51,712 nt of DNA from Phoronis australis (taxonomy: Eukaryota > Animalia > Phoronida): NCBI GenBank assembly GCA_002633005.1, contig NMRA01001127.1, positions 1 through 51,712 of the forward strand. The letters run 5' to 3'. The stretch's first letter is position 1. Every line of letters starts with the position of its first letter. The position numbers were made by a program, and so were the translations under genes. Positions 1-10,776 of the stretch are shown piece after piece. The notes beneath the pieces are model-generated. The model was not told the DNA's origin and ran no database searches. It worked only from the letters and a program-made list of their open reading frames with translations.

Positions 1-510
1 AGCATCGTGAGTTTACTTCATTGACTAAGCTTACTACAGTGTTGGCGAATGCAGAGGTGCAAGACAAGTCAGACTACAAAAATCACGTAAACTCACCAGT
101 GTTGTGAGAGTAAATCTCGAGATTTAATGACAGCCACTGAAATAACTGGTAGGCGAGGAGGGGATAATGTTTTCCTATTCATAAGTCAAAAGTTTATCGC
201 CTAAGTGTCTCTCAATTGCCTTGCGTTTAAGAAACGCACCCCAGTTCCGCACTGCAAAATGCTCGGGAGTGAAATAATACGGTAATGTATAGCATGACTT
301 GATTTTCGACTTGTAAAAGTGTGAATAACTTCTATGACATTTGCTACGCATAATTTAAGCTTTTAAGAGGCTTAAACTTTGTTAGTACTTTTTGTGTTGA
401 CAAATTAACTGCAAAACAAAATCTCATATCATAGCCATATAATTTGTTCAACATGTTAAAAATCACGGTACAATTACGTATTCTGAAATTAGATATCGTG
501 TGTTACTTAC

Positions 511-630
511 CGCCCAGTCTTGGGTGTTCGACTCTAGTCTCTGTATACCTTCATTAAAACGCCCAGTCATTTCGTGAACATGCGCAAGGGCGTGATTAGC
601 AAACGCATCTGAAGGATGCACTTCTAATGC
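511..630 (-). CDS. TTC38: TTC38-like exon 7 (ALEVHPSDAFANHALAHVHEMTGRFNEGIQRLESNTQDWA)
   Basis: tttcag|GCA...GCG|gtaagt, 120 nt, phase 0-0. Confidence 0.92.
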
Positions 631-3600
631 CTGAAATTATAATTATTATAATATTAATAGTAGCAATTTATATAACAATAATGATAGTGGTGAAGATGAT
701 AATCATGTTAGGAAGACTTAGAAGTAGTCACTCATTTCATTCATGTAGAAAGCTCAAGCCTAGGGAATCCAATTAAGCTGAAGCTACAATAAATCTGACG
801 GCGTTTTCTTTAGATCCTGTTCCTCCATGGGACAAAATGTGTGTGTGGGCGAAATTCTACACCCCGACTATGTTTGATAAGTAAGCTGAGAATGACCCAC
901 GGTTTAACATAAACTCAAAATTTATAGCAAGTGTTAGATTAAGTAACTTAATCAAAAATGTTAAAATGATATTTGGTCAGAACCTAGTCAGAGCCTTTAC
1001 GTTCCTATCAATGGAAGTTCGGAGTTTTTACTTTTCACCCTAGAACTACTAAGATTAACAAATGTGTGTCTGCATTCTTAGTGTGGAGTGTCTGTTGACT
1101 GAAGCAGGGTAGCTAATTATATATATATTTTCTTCAGGCTATAGGTCCCTTAAAATATTAAAGTAGAGCCGGCTTCGGGAAAGAGACCCTAGCCAGTTTC
1201 GATTACTTACTATGGCGTACATGAGCATGAAAAGATATATATAAAGTCAATCAAGTCAACTTTCGCAGGATATTTTGCAATTCTAATGTGAAATAGAGTT
1301 TCTCTCTTCCAAGCGATGTTCAAACGTTGATCTACCGGAGTATGTGAGCGCACCTTTATTCCTATTTTCTCAGCTAGATCGTAGTTCTCAGACTCCTCCA
1401 ACCCGAAGCAGTAAAAACCATGGATATATCTAAAACGAGTCACTTTACAAAGCAATTGACTTGACAACGTGAAAAGAATTGTAAATGAGCTTGGACTGTC
1501 ATTCAGAATTAACAAAGACTACATTAAACAACGGAAGGACACAGGAAACCCACCATGAATAACTTGTGCATAACGACAAGTCGGTGCTCTTGTTTTGTAT
1601 AAAGTAAGTTCATGTAAAGCAGAAATACAGCTTAGGCGGTTAATTGGCCGTCTTAAAGGAGAATGCCACCCAAAAACAACCTATTTTGTATCAATTTATA
1701 TCGAGTAGTTCTACTCGATAACGGCACTTTCGGTTCGTTGCCTGTCACCTGACGGCAGACGGAGGTTTTGAAATTATCCAATGACGTAATTGGTTTCACA
1801 CGCAGTCTCTTCAGCAGTCACATCCCGGGTTAGTGGTGTCCCCTTATCGCGTGAATTCATCGTTTAACACCAACAAATCATCAAACTGCGATGTAAAATC
1901 CTTAAAAATACACCGAGTTCTTATAAAGAACGTGTTGTTTTATTTCGCTGTTACGAATTTACAAAGTTCGGCAGGTCAATTTACCAAGATCCGTAGAAGG
2001 AGTTTGGGGTCTGTTCGGAGATAAATCCGAAGTATTCTTCCGTGAAATACAGACAGGAGAACCTAGATCTGTGTTGTTTAGACTTGTGATTTTTTGAGTT
2101 CTAAACACACAAAACGCTTGTTATCCCGGCCAGTGGCTCGGAACCCGATCACGCCGGTCGCGGCCGCCGGGACTGGCACGAACATATACCAGCTTGAGTT
2201 GGAAACTAAACCTCCAGTCACGAAAAGTAGTGAGCCAAAGAAATAATTTGCACGAAATTATTTATGTGAATTAGCCACGAAACTGAAAATCTACTTACTT
2301 GTCGGGGCTGCGAAGTCGCTTTCCCCTTCGACAGACCGTTAGGGCAAAGGCTGTGCAGTAACAATGATTTGAATAATATATTTGTATTTCTAAATAAAGA
2401 TTTCCCTAACATGTGACTATAGCAAATAAAATCGAGTAATTGTTTCACAACAGCTTTCTGTCAGCAAACACTGAATAAGCATTCGCTCACCCGGCCCCGG
2501 TGCCCTGTCAATTACCTTTGTTGCCGGCATCAAAAGCCGGTAACGCAGTGGTTATTCATTGCTGGTTTCTCATAACATATGGACTCACGAGCATTCCAAG
2601 GCATCACAAATTGTATCTAATGAGACAGACTTTGTTTCAGTGGTTAGGATGACAATAATTCATTTTGAAACAGAACGCAGAATGATAAACGTCTACATGG
2701 CAACTCGCCCGGCGTCAATCTCGACTTAGTCAAGAGATCATCCGACTTCAAGGGTCGGATCGTTAGGTTTCACAGGCTATCAGTTCGAACCGGAATACAC
2801 TGATCAAGAAATACTAGAGAGGCACCGTGAACATGCCCAGGCAACAGGACGTATGGATAGCTCTTTGGTAAGCCGGAATTCGTCAAAGAAATCATGGGTC
2901 GACAAAATTCCGGCCACAGAAACGGAGATGTTTCACGGCCTCATACTTGCTATTAACAGTGTAACTTTCTTTCTTCACTACTGCGAAACACTTCCTAAGC
3001 ATTTCGGTCTCTCGAGGAAGTCGAAAACACGATATACCAGCTTTCTTCGCAACTTCATAGTTCGGACAAGCGGAAACGATGCTCCGCAATATAGCGGCAT
3101 TCACTCTGCAGACGAACCACTGACGTCGCTGCGTCGTTTCTCACCTTCCTCACAGGTTAAAGCGATAGCTCTCGGCAAGATGAGGTCGACCGTATAAGAG
3201 GCGATGTTGATGTAGACCAATTAAGATGGTAAAAAGACTAATCAAATCGGGTGGTATTCTTTAAGCCCCTACTTTCATGAATGAAATTGGTCTCAAATTG
3301 TTTCCCAGTCAAAATAGTTACGACTTTTAAGGCTTTAATTGTAAGGAACTGACAGGTCTTAGCTTGACACCAGGCTCTATATGTCGACTTGTCAAGACCT
3401 GTCATATCATTTGTCGTACATAATCTTGAGCAATATCGAACTGTCAGTTCTATACAAAGCCAGAAATCAAAAGGAAAAAATTGAGACCAATTTTATATCG
3501 GTAAATGGTCTAAATCTAAAGTCCTGTTTTTGATGAAAAGCGGGTTACAGTTACATTAGCTCATCTTACACAATAAACTGTGGTAGGCAATACGGAACTA

Positions 3601-6456
3601 TTAGAAACCCAGAAATAACTTGCCATCTAAGAAAGGAACAAATTGAGACAGATTTTATATCGGTAAATGGTCTGAATCAAAAGTTATTTTTTCGATGAAA
3701 AGCGGGTTACATTTACATTAGCCCATCTTACACAATAAACTGTGGTAGGCGCTTACCCGTAGTTGTCGTCATTTGGTTTGAAGTAAGGAATCACCCTTGC
3801 CACTGAATCACGCAACTGCTTGGCTCTTCCAGTTTCAAAGTAGCTGGCCAGTGCCATACGGTTAGCTAACATGTCTGTTGGGAAGTCCGTAAGAATATCT
3901 TCCCACGTAAGCTGGGCTTCATCTTTTTTTCTGTAAAACCGGACATCAAGTGGTTATTACGGTCGATGAAGGAATCCATCAAATTAGTTCCGAGATTCTT
4001 GCAGCACAGAATAAATGTAGTAACAATAAAATCTGACATTTTAATATGACAATTATTTTTGATGCTAAAACATCGACGCTAACTTTCTCAAAATTTCAAA
4101 CTTCTCTCTAAAAGACATTAATCGTAGTCATTTATAGTAATTTGGTCTCATTTATTAAATTTTAGTTATAATTATTGATGTTTTATTCATGTGACTACTG
4201 TCAATGCGCATTGAAGTTCTTCTGTAAAAATACTGAGATGTGTTCTGTGGACGCAACACTCGCTATTAACGTGATCACCTGGCCAGCTTGAAATACATAG
4301 CGATATCTCGCGAAGATCTGCGTGATCTAGCGCTTTTACGAGTGCCTTGTGTCCACGGAACGCAGCCCAAGTATGCAAAGCATGTTACTAAGCATCCTCC
4401 AGCTCTACCCTTCTGTCCAGAGTTTGACTGCGGTCACGTGCTTTTTCTCTCGATCAGTGAGGCCTTCAGTAGTTCTCGAAAGGTTCACCATGCTCTCGAG
4501 AATACTTGAATAATCGGAATTGGCTTTCACGTTGGCGGCCCCGGCCACCCAACTAAATCCGTGGACTAGCACCTTACCCATAACTAAAACAATGCCGAAG
4601 TAATTAGTCGTGCGGGTATGGAAGTTCTGAGCAATTTATATGGGAAAATTCTAAACGTTCGAAAACTTCAAAAATTCCCAAACAAAGAATACAAAAATTC
4701 AAACTACACATACACACGTACAATGCCTTCATCACCTTCATTACTCTCTCTAAGTCAAAGTGCACACAGGTTGAAAATATTGTTTTAGGCACGAAGGCTT
4801 ATCTGAAATCAATTTTGCAACGTTTGGACCCGGGGGTCAATCTTAGCTTTTACTCGAAATCAACCTGGAAATTACTTTTGACATCCGCCCTGCTTTACTA
4901 CTAACTCAGAATAAGTTTCTTTTCTATGCTCGAGTACAATGTGGTTTACGCGGATGGGTTTATATTCCAAATTAGTCCTTGGCTGCCCCTACAATCTCGA
5001 CTAAAACTCAATATTTTGAGTTCGGACAAGAACGTATTGCTTTAATGCTGACGTTATCCCGCAGTGCAAACTAGGATTAGAAAATCAATCGCCTAAACCA
5101 TAAAATAATCGAGCACAGAATTATAGACTTTTATTTTGAATTTTTATATCAAAATAGTTTAGAGCTCAATTTCGGTTACAAAATTAGACGGGAGACCCTG
5201 TAGCACAGCGTCGAGTGGTGTGCTTGGTGGCACTGGCGGACTTAGGATGTTGTACGGGGCCAACTGCAATTTCCGTCCCTGTTCTAAATTCTCCGAAACT
5301 ACAGCTCAACTGCAAAATTCACAATAAACTATTAAATGTTGGCGGCAAAATAAAATTACAACTGCGCTCACCGAAGTTAGGATGGTCGTCGACAAGTCGT
5401 TTTGTGGACTCCGCAAAACCGCCAACAGTAGGATCATCGTGTAGTCCAACAATCTTCAACGAAACAAAAAGCGAATAACGCAGTAGCATTGTGGACATCC
5501 TCACAACACGTATTATCGTGGGGTATACACCATATGCGGTGCACCATAGGGGCCTTCACGGGGGCTTAGCCCCCACCGGCTTACTTCAGCCGAGTGCTGC
5601 GCTGCCCATAGACTCTACGAACGACTCATCATAGGGGAAGGGGGCTATAGTCCCCACTTATTTTAGTGCTTCACCTTCCATATACACTGAACATTTTTAC
5701 TCATGAACCACAACTTTACTCTTGAATTCTCAACTCCTTTATGAACGACTTTTCATGACAATTCCTGAAACGACCGTACTTATTCTGTGGCGCTTTAGTA
5801 CTGACTACTTCTGGTTCAAAGTACAAACTTATGGCACCAGTCACGTGATATTTGTCGTTTGCTTGCAGCCGCAATTTTGTTGCACTAATTCAAAACGATT
5901 AAGTTTTCAGTGCAGAGTTTTAGAATTTAGGGCAGACCTATGCAAAGCCTATCAATGCTACATAACTTGTACGTACACATGTAACCTTTAGAGGAAATTA
6001 ATTCATGTTGGTCGCAAAATGCATTCATACGGCTTGATCTCTGACCTCACTAGTTAAGATTTTCCATATAGAAGACGATGTGACAGATTGTGCAATATTT
6101 ACCTGGCTGAGTACCGCGTGATATAAACGACAGGCGTCATCACTTGTGGTCGTAAAGGGCAGGCCGTAGTCTATCCAGTCCTAGTATGCAGAAAAGATAT
6201 CCCAGTTGTTGACGTTACAATGCAAACATATGGCGAGTTCTCTGAACAAAGGGATATCATAAATATTACGATGGGTCACGTTTCAGAAAAACTAGGAAAA
6301 AACTGAGGAGCTACTCTTGTTATTAAATATAACCGAGTAAATATAAGCTGCATTACATAACTAGTAAAAAGTCGGAGTACGCTCGCTACAGTAAAGGGTA
6401 TATGCATGAGTTATATTAATTTGACAAACCTTGCAGCTTCTCCAGGATTTGGACAT
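511..6456 (-). CDS. TTC38: TTC38-like tetratricopeptide repeat protein, partial: join(6430..6456,6103..6180,5372..5453,4409..4583,3757..3930,1354..1429,511..630); continues left of window
   Basis: Seven GT-AG exons splice in frame to MSKSWRSCK-DWIDYGLPFTTTSDDACRLYHAVLSQ-IVGLHDDPTVGGF...-VMGKVLVHG...LTDREKKHVTAV...-WEDILTDFPTDMLA...QLRDSVARVIPYF-YIHGFYCFGLEE...-ALEVHPSDAFANHALAHVHEM. This is collinear with recalled human TTC38 ([72 protein letters not shown]). Confidence 0.93.
1354..1429 (-). CDS. TTC38: TTC38-like exon 6 (YIHGFYCFGLEESENYDLAEKIGIK)
   Basis: tttag|A TAT...AAG|gtgcgc, 76 nt, phase 2-0; lies inside track ORF 1210..1515. Confidence 0.92.
1653..3264. mobile_element. Non-autonomous Kolobok-like DNA transposon in TTC38 intron 5
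   Basis: TTAA at both ends (1653-1656, 3261-3264); imperfect TIRs TTAAAGGAGAATGCCACCC / GGGTGGTATTCTTTAA; degenerate THAP domain on minus 2880-3104 (IVSACPN...GISCFRLPRE...RKC...LRFCGRNF); GYQFEPEY peptide on plus ~2775-2800. Confidence 0.7.
3480..3750. repeat. ~110-bp direct duplication (3480-3588 and 3641-3750)
   Basis: Both copies read attgagac..attttatatcggtaaatggtct...gatgaaaagcgggttaca...catcttacacaataaactgtggtaggc. Confidence 0.85.
3757..3930 (-). CDS. TTC38: TTC38-like exon 5 (KKDEAQLTWEDILTDFPTDMLA...KPNDDNYG)
   Basis: ttacag|A AAA...TAC GG|gtaagc, 174 nt, phase 2-2. Confidence 0.92.
4409..4583 (-). CDS. TTC38: TTC38-like exon 4 (VMGKVLVHG...KHVTAVKLWTEG)
   Basis: tttag|TT ATG...GAA GG|gtagag, 175 nt, phase 1-2. 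Confidence 0.9.
5372..5453 (-). CDS. TTC38: TTC38-like exon 3 (IVGLHDDPTVGGFAESTKRLVDDHPNF)
   Basis: aag|ATT...TTC G|gtgagc, 82 nt, phase 0-1. Confidence 0.88.
6103..6180 (-). CDS. TTC38: TTC38-like exon 2 (DWIDYGLPFTTTSDDACRLYHAVLSQ)
   Basis: tag|GAC...CAG|gtaaat, 78 nt, phase 0-0. Confidence 0.9.
6430..6456 (-). CDS. TTC38: TTC38-like coding exon 1 (MSKSWRSCK)
   Basis: ATG at 6456-6454, donor AAG|gtttgt, phase 0 into next exon; resembles the TTC38 N-terminal xRDCQ motif. Confidence 0.75.
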
Positions 6457-7239
6457 GATGATCGTCGTCAAGACAGATACTTCTTTCCCGTTAGATCAGG
6501 CTCGACTGACCCACGTCACTTATTTGACAAGCCGTATCATGAATGCTAATGCTGCCCTCCACAACTGAGGTCAACGTCTGGGTCAGTCAAACTTAGACGA
6601 GCGGAAGGGCATCCTCGTCCCCAAGCCTCAAGATGGCGCTGATCCGAGACTCTCTGGTTCCCTGCGTGTCTGCTAGGGAATAGAGGAGTAAGAGGACACG
6701 CAGGTATCATCTAATTTTCCTCTAGAAATGTTTTTACACCTGCATATTTAATTGGCTCATCGAATTCCTTAATAGGTAGCGCTTTACACAAACAAAGTGG
6801 CATGACTGATGGAGGGAGTGTAGGCCTCCATGTGGTCTGTTGTATAGACAAATGGGATGTTAATAGGGATATATTGAAGAAATGTGAACCGTAAAGTTGT
6901 GTGTCGGTGTACATTTTTCAACTGTCGTTGATTTTTTTTTACGTTGCTGTCCTGTATTCACATAGTATGGATAACACACCGGTTAAATCTGCCAGATATG
7001 TGTCCATCTTATGTGCTTCAAGCACGTGGCTATATTGAAAAACCGGACAATCGCCGCACAAATAAAAAGTTCATGTTCAATCAACGTTTCGTCAATTCAT
7101 TAGACATCATCAGGATCATGTTTACAAAGGACAGCAAGTGCCAACACACAGCTGAGGTAACACCCATAAAGTGAAGTGAGAGATACAGAGAAAATAGTCA
7201 GTAGGTAGTCATCACCATAGTTGCAGGGTCACTGAGCTC

Positions 7240-8950
7240 TGCATGTTATTCAGAGAATCGGTAGCAGTGGTTCTGAATGACCAATGACTTGTTAATGTAG
7301 AGTAATTCCTTATTAGGTTCTCTGCAGATAATACTAACTGAATTGGCTTGGTGAATGTTGCTAACACAATACCTACATATGTTGGTTTTCTCTGTGGTGT
7401 GATGTTCCACAGGGGCGTCTCTGTGTGAGTCCGATATGGAATTCCTTACAGTTGTCACATTCAACCTTATAAGCAACATTACCGTTGTGAGTAAAAGGAT
7501 GGGTGGCTTAAGTTTACACAGCATATTGGAAAGTTTCCGAAAAGGTTTGAAAACAACTATCGAGTCGGTTCAACGGCTGGGTCTATGCAATGAATTAGGC
7601 GAGCTAATTGACGTTTCAATTTTATACTACATCACCCGGTATAACCAAGAGAAAAGAAAACTTTCTTTTTCTGGGGTCCAATAACAGCTACCTTATCTGC
7701 CTCATTCATTTTTGAAAGGAAGTGCCTTTTACAGCTATTCAAAAATTCTGAGGGTAACTATTGGCACGTAATAATTGGAAAATCCCAGCTACGTCACTTT
7801 CAAAATTTATATTGGTTGAACAAATTCTCCAGGCACGATGTAGCAAGCAATTGACTAGACCTCTCTTATATTGGATCGGCACAAAGCTATTAAGTTTAAG
7901 ATAAAGCCCAGAAAACTGGGCTTACGATACACAGATGTAACAACGGTGCTATTCTCACGTTTAACTAAGATATCTAGAAAATGTGAACACGACTTGTGCT
8001 CAGATTTACTGGTGAAGTTGATGGACGGTTGCATATTGTTCATGTGACTGAAAAGGTGTTAACTGAGTTCTTGGATGATAACACAACAAACGTATCGTCC
8101 ACATACCTACGATAAAATTGTGGTTTACCATCCGGTGGACTACTAGCCAGAGCCCCAGTCTTGAGAATGCACATGAAAATATTAGCTAACACTGGTCCCA
8201 GGGGTAAACCCATGGCCACTCCGTCAAACTGATCATAAAAGTTATGATTTATCTGCGATCGTGAGTAACTAAGTGGTTACGAGTCAATTTATGGACCTTG
8301 TCAGTATCAATATACAGCTTAGCTTATTAATGACTTCATCCACAGGTACATTAGTGAGGAGGCTGCAAACATCTAGACTACACATAAATGGTGCATCATT
8401 AAGTGCACGGACTTCATTAACAAACTGAAAAGAATCTCTGGCAAGCTCATCGTTCGAGCCCCCCAATTGGCGAAGTGGGCTAAAAGGTCCGTCCCCGAGA
8501 GACAAAAAGTCCGAGAAAATGGGAAAAACGTCCACTAAATTAGCGCAAAGTCGCATTTCACAGAGGTGCACCCGTTTTTTTGTTTTTTTAGTCCGCCAGC
8601 TTTTTTTAGCGAATAGTCCACAACGTCCTGAATTCGAGCCCCCCATATCGAAGGTTGGGTGCGCGCATGCTCATGGATGTATGTTTCGACGCAGGACACA
8701 ATAGGAAGCAGCGGTACACCATCCTTGTGTGTCTTAGGGAGGCCGTACAGACATGCTGGCTGTGACCCGCATGGTCTTAAAGTCTTGGTCTCAAAATGCC
8801 CATGTGGTTCAAGTATCCGAAAATACTTACTAAATAAAATCTTATTTTCGACACCCTTTCTTTATGTTCTTTTCGCCTTTCTTGCCAAAAGCGATTTTTA
8901 ACAGTATTTGACCCTTCTCTGTTAGCGTATAATTACCGGCTGTCGTCGGT
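7240..8950 (-). mobile_element. Degenerate Penelope-like retroelement (RT plus GIY-YIG remnants)
   Basis: Minus-strand motifs LYGLPKTHKDGVPLLPIVSC (~8690-8750), SLDVCSLLTNVPVDEVI (~8330-8380), QFDGVAMGLPLGPVLANIFM (~8170-8230), YRRYVDDTFVV (~8080-8115), HFLDILV/TSVYRKP (~7920-7985) and a GIY-YIG-like tail (7250-7420). Contains frameshifts and an unrelated insert at ~8450-8670. Confidence 0.85.
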
Positions 8951-9716
8951 TATTTCCGTACCCACATTTCCGGCTCATCAGTTCATGAACTTGTCCTGAA
9001 CGCCACCATTTTTCCTTAAAACTGAATGTGCTATCGCTTGCTCGAAAAGTCTTCATTATTTTGTTCTAGTAGTAATATCTCGTGATTCGTTTGCATATGT
9101 AGTGTATTTATAGTTTGTAGGTAGTGGTCGTTGAATTATTATTATTACTTATTATGATGTTGAAATAGCATTGGTGTTTAGTTCCTTACGTAGGGCGGTC
9201 GAACCTAGGAACCAGTATGAGTCGAACCAATTTTTTTCGTTTTGATTTTTTCTCGTTTTGAAAAAGCACTTTGCTCTCATCGGAAAGGTAGTGCATTCAA
9301 CTCAGTAAAAATCGAAAAAGTATCAAAATTGGGGCAAGCAGTGTAAAGCTATTGCAATTTTTGTGGCGAAATTTGGGTCACTTTGTTTGCATCACATCGG
9401 CCATATTGGAGGACAGCGGGATAAGTCACGAGTTTAAAACTTCGTGTAAATCGTTTTCGCCAACATGTCTTTACTTACTATTCTGCACGATTCAACAATG
9501 TTCACCAAATTTCAGCCTCGCAGTTGTCACTCATTAAGTGATAAATGTGCTCACAATTCCCGTTGGACTTCGTCTCATTTCTGGTGGCACCGACAACATG
9601 GCGATTTTTGCTGAACTGGAAGGCATGTTCAACCTGTTACTTTGTAATTTGTGAAGATTTAACGTTGATACATTTTGNNNNNNNNNNNNNNNNNNNNNNN
9701 NNNNNNNNNNNNNNNN

Positions 9717-10141
9717 TTAGTACACGGTATTGTAGTGCGACAGGCAGGGACTTAGTGGGAACCCTTAGTACACGGTATTGTAGTGCGACAGGCAGGGACT
9801 TAGTGGGAACCCTTAGTACACGGTATTGTAGTGCGACAGGCAGGGACTTAGTGGGAACCCTTAGTACACGGTATTGTAGTGCGACAGGCAGGGACTTAGT
9901 GGGAACCCTTAGTACACGGTATTGTAGTGCGACAGGCAGGGACTTAGTGGGAACCCTTAGTACACGGTATTGTAGTGCGACAGGCAGGGACTTAGTGGGA
10001 ACCCTTAGTGCACGGTATTGTAGTGCGACAGGCAGGGACTTAGTGGGAACCCTTAGTGCACGGTATTGTAGTGCGACAGGCAGGGACTTAGTGGGAACCC
10101 TTAGTACACGGTATTGTAGTGCGACAGGCAGGGGCTTAGTG
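9717..10141. repeat. 48-bp minisatellite, ~9 copies, abutting the assembly gap
   Basis: Unit ttagtacacggtattgtagtgcgacaggcagggacttagtgggaaccc, near-identical copies, no spacers. Confidence 0.97.
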
Positions 10142-10647
10142 TCACTCAGGCCAGTGGGGCTCAAGACAGCGACGACTTGAAGTTAGCGACACATCGCAAC
10201 AATATTTAGTGAGATATGAAATTTCATTTTGACAACTTTTTACCTTAGAAGAAAACTAATTTTTACTATTATAGCTAACTTTATTAAATTCAGTTTTCAC
10301 CAAATAACATTTGGTAAAAGTTTGAGCGTACGGAGCAAAGTAGTAAGTCTTTGAAAATTTACAAAAGGTAATTTCAGCAACAACCTTTGTCCTGTGTATA
10401 TTTCTGGGTTCCATTTGGATGATGATAATATTAAACAAAGATCCTCTAAATAAAGGTCCTCTTTCATTGTGCAAAAGAGGGTGCACCTGTTGGTGAACCA
10501 AGTCCGTAAGATATGGACGATAAAGACAACCTCAAGGTATGACTTTTCGGTTCCAAAGGGAATCTTTATTTAATATTATAAGTCTTTGTATTAACTTAGA
10601 CTTTGAACGATGAACAAACCTTTTCAATATGCTACAACTATTCTCAC

Positions 10648-10776
10648 CTGCGTATTTTTGTTCCTGTTGAACATCTTCCTGTCTAAACTGAACGCTGTGC
10701 CAATCCTCCTTCTGACTTGGGGGACAGGATCTCCTGACTCAACAGGTGTCTCTGGTGGCAACTCACCAGTGACCTC
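10648..10776 (-). CDS. FRMD4A: FRMD4 exon 15 (EVTGELPPETPVESGDPVPQVRRRIGTAFSLDRKMFNRNKNTQ), CUPID core
   Basis: tttcag|GAG...CAG|gtgaga, 129 nt; VRRRIGTAF is the hallmark motif of FRMD4/INAVA/CCDC120. Confidence 0.95.

Noticed and set aside
6460-6675. GC-richer block resembling another coding exon
   Set aside because: All minus-strand frames hit stops; better explained as TTC38 5' UTR (acceptor-like ccctag near 6673).
8284-8646. 120-aa ORF as a gene
   Set aside because: It is a chimera of the inserted block and decayed Penelope RT sequence.
9717-10141. CRISPR array or repeat protein (ORFs 9545..10180, 9637..10164)
   Set aside because: Units are contiguous with no unique spacers, there are no cas genes, and the context is eukaryotic; the ORFs arise from a 48-bp unit and cross an N gap.
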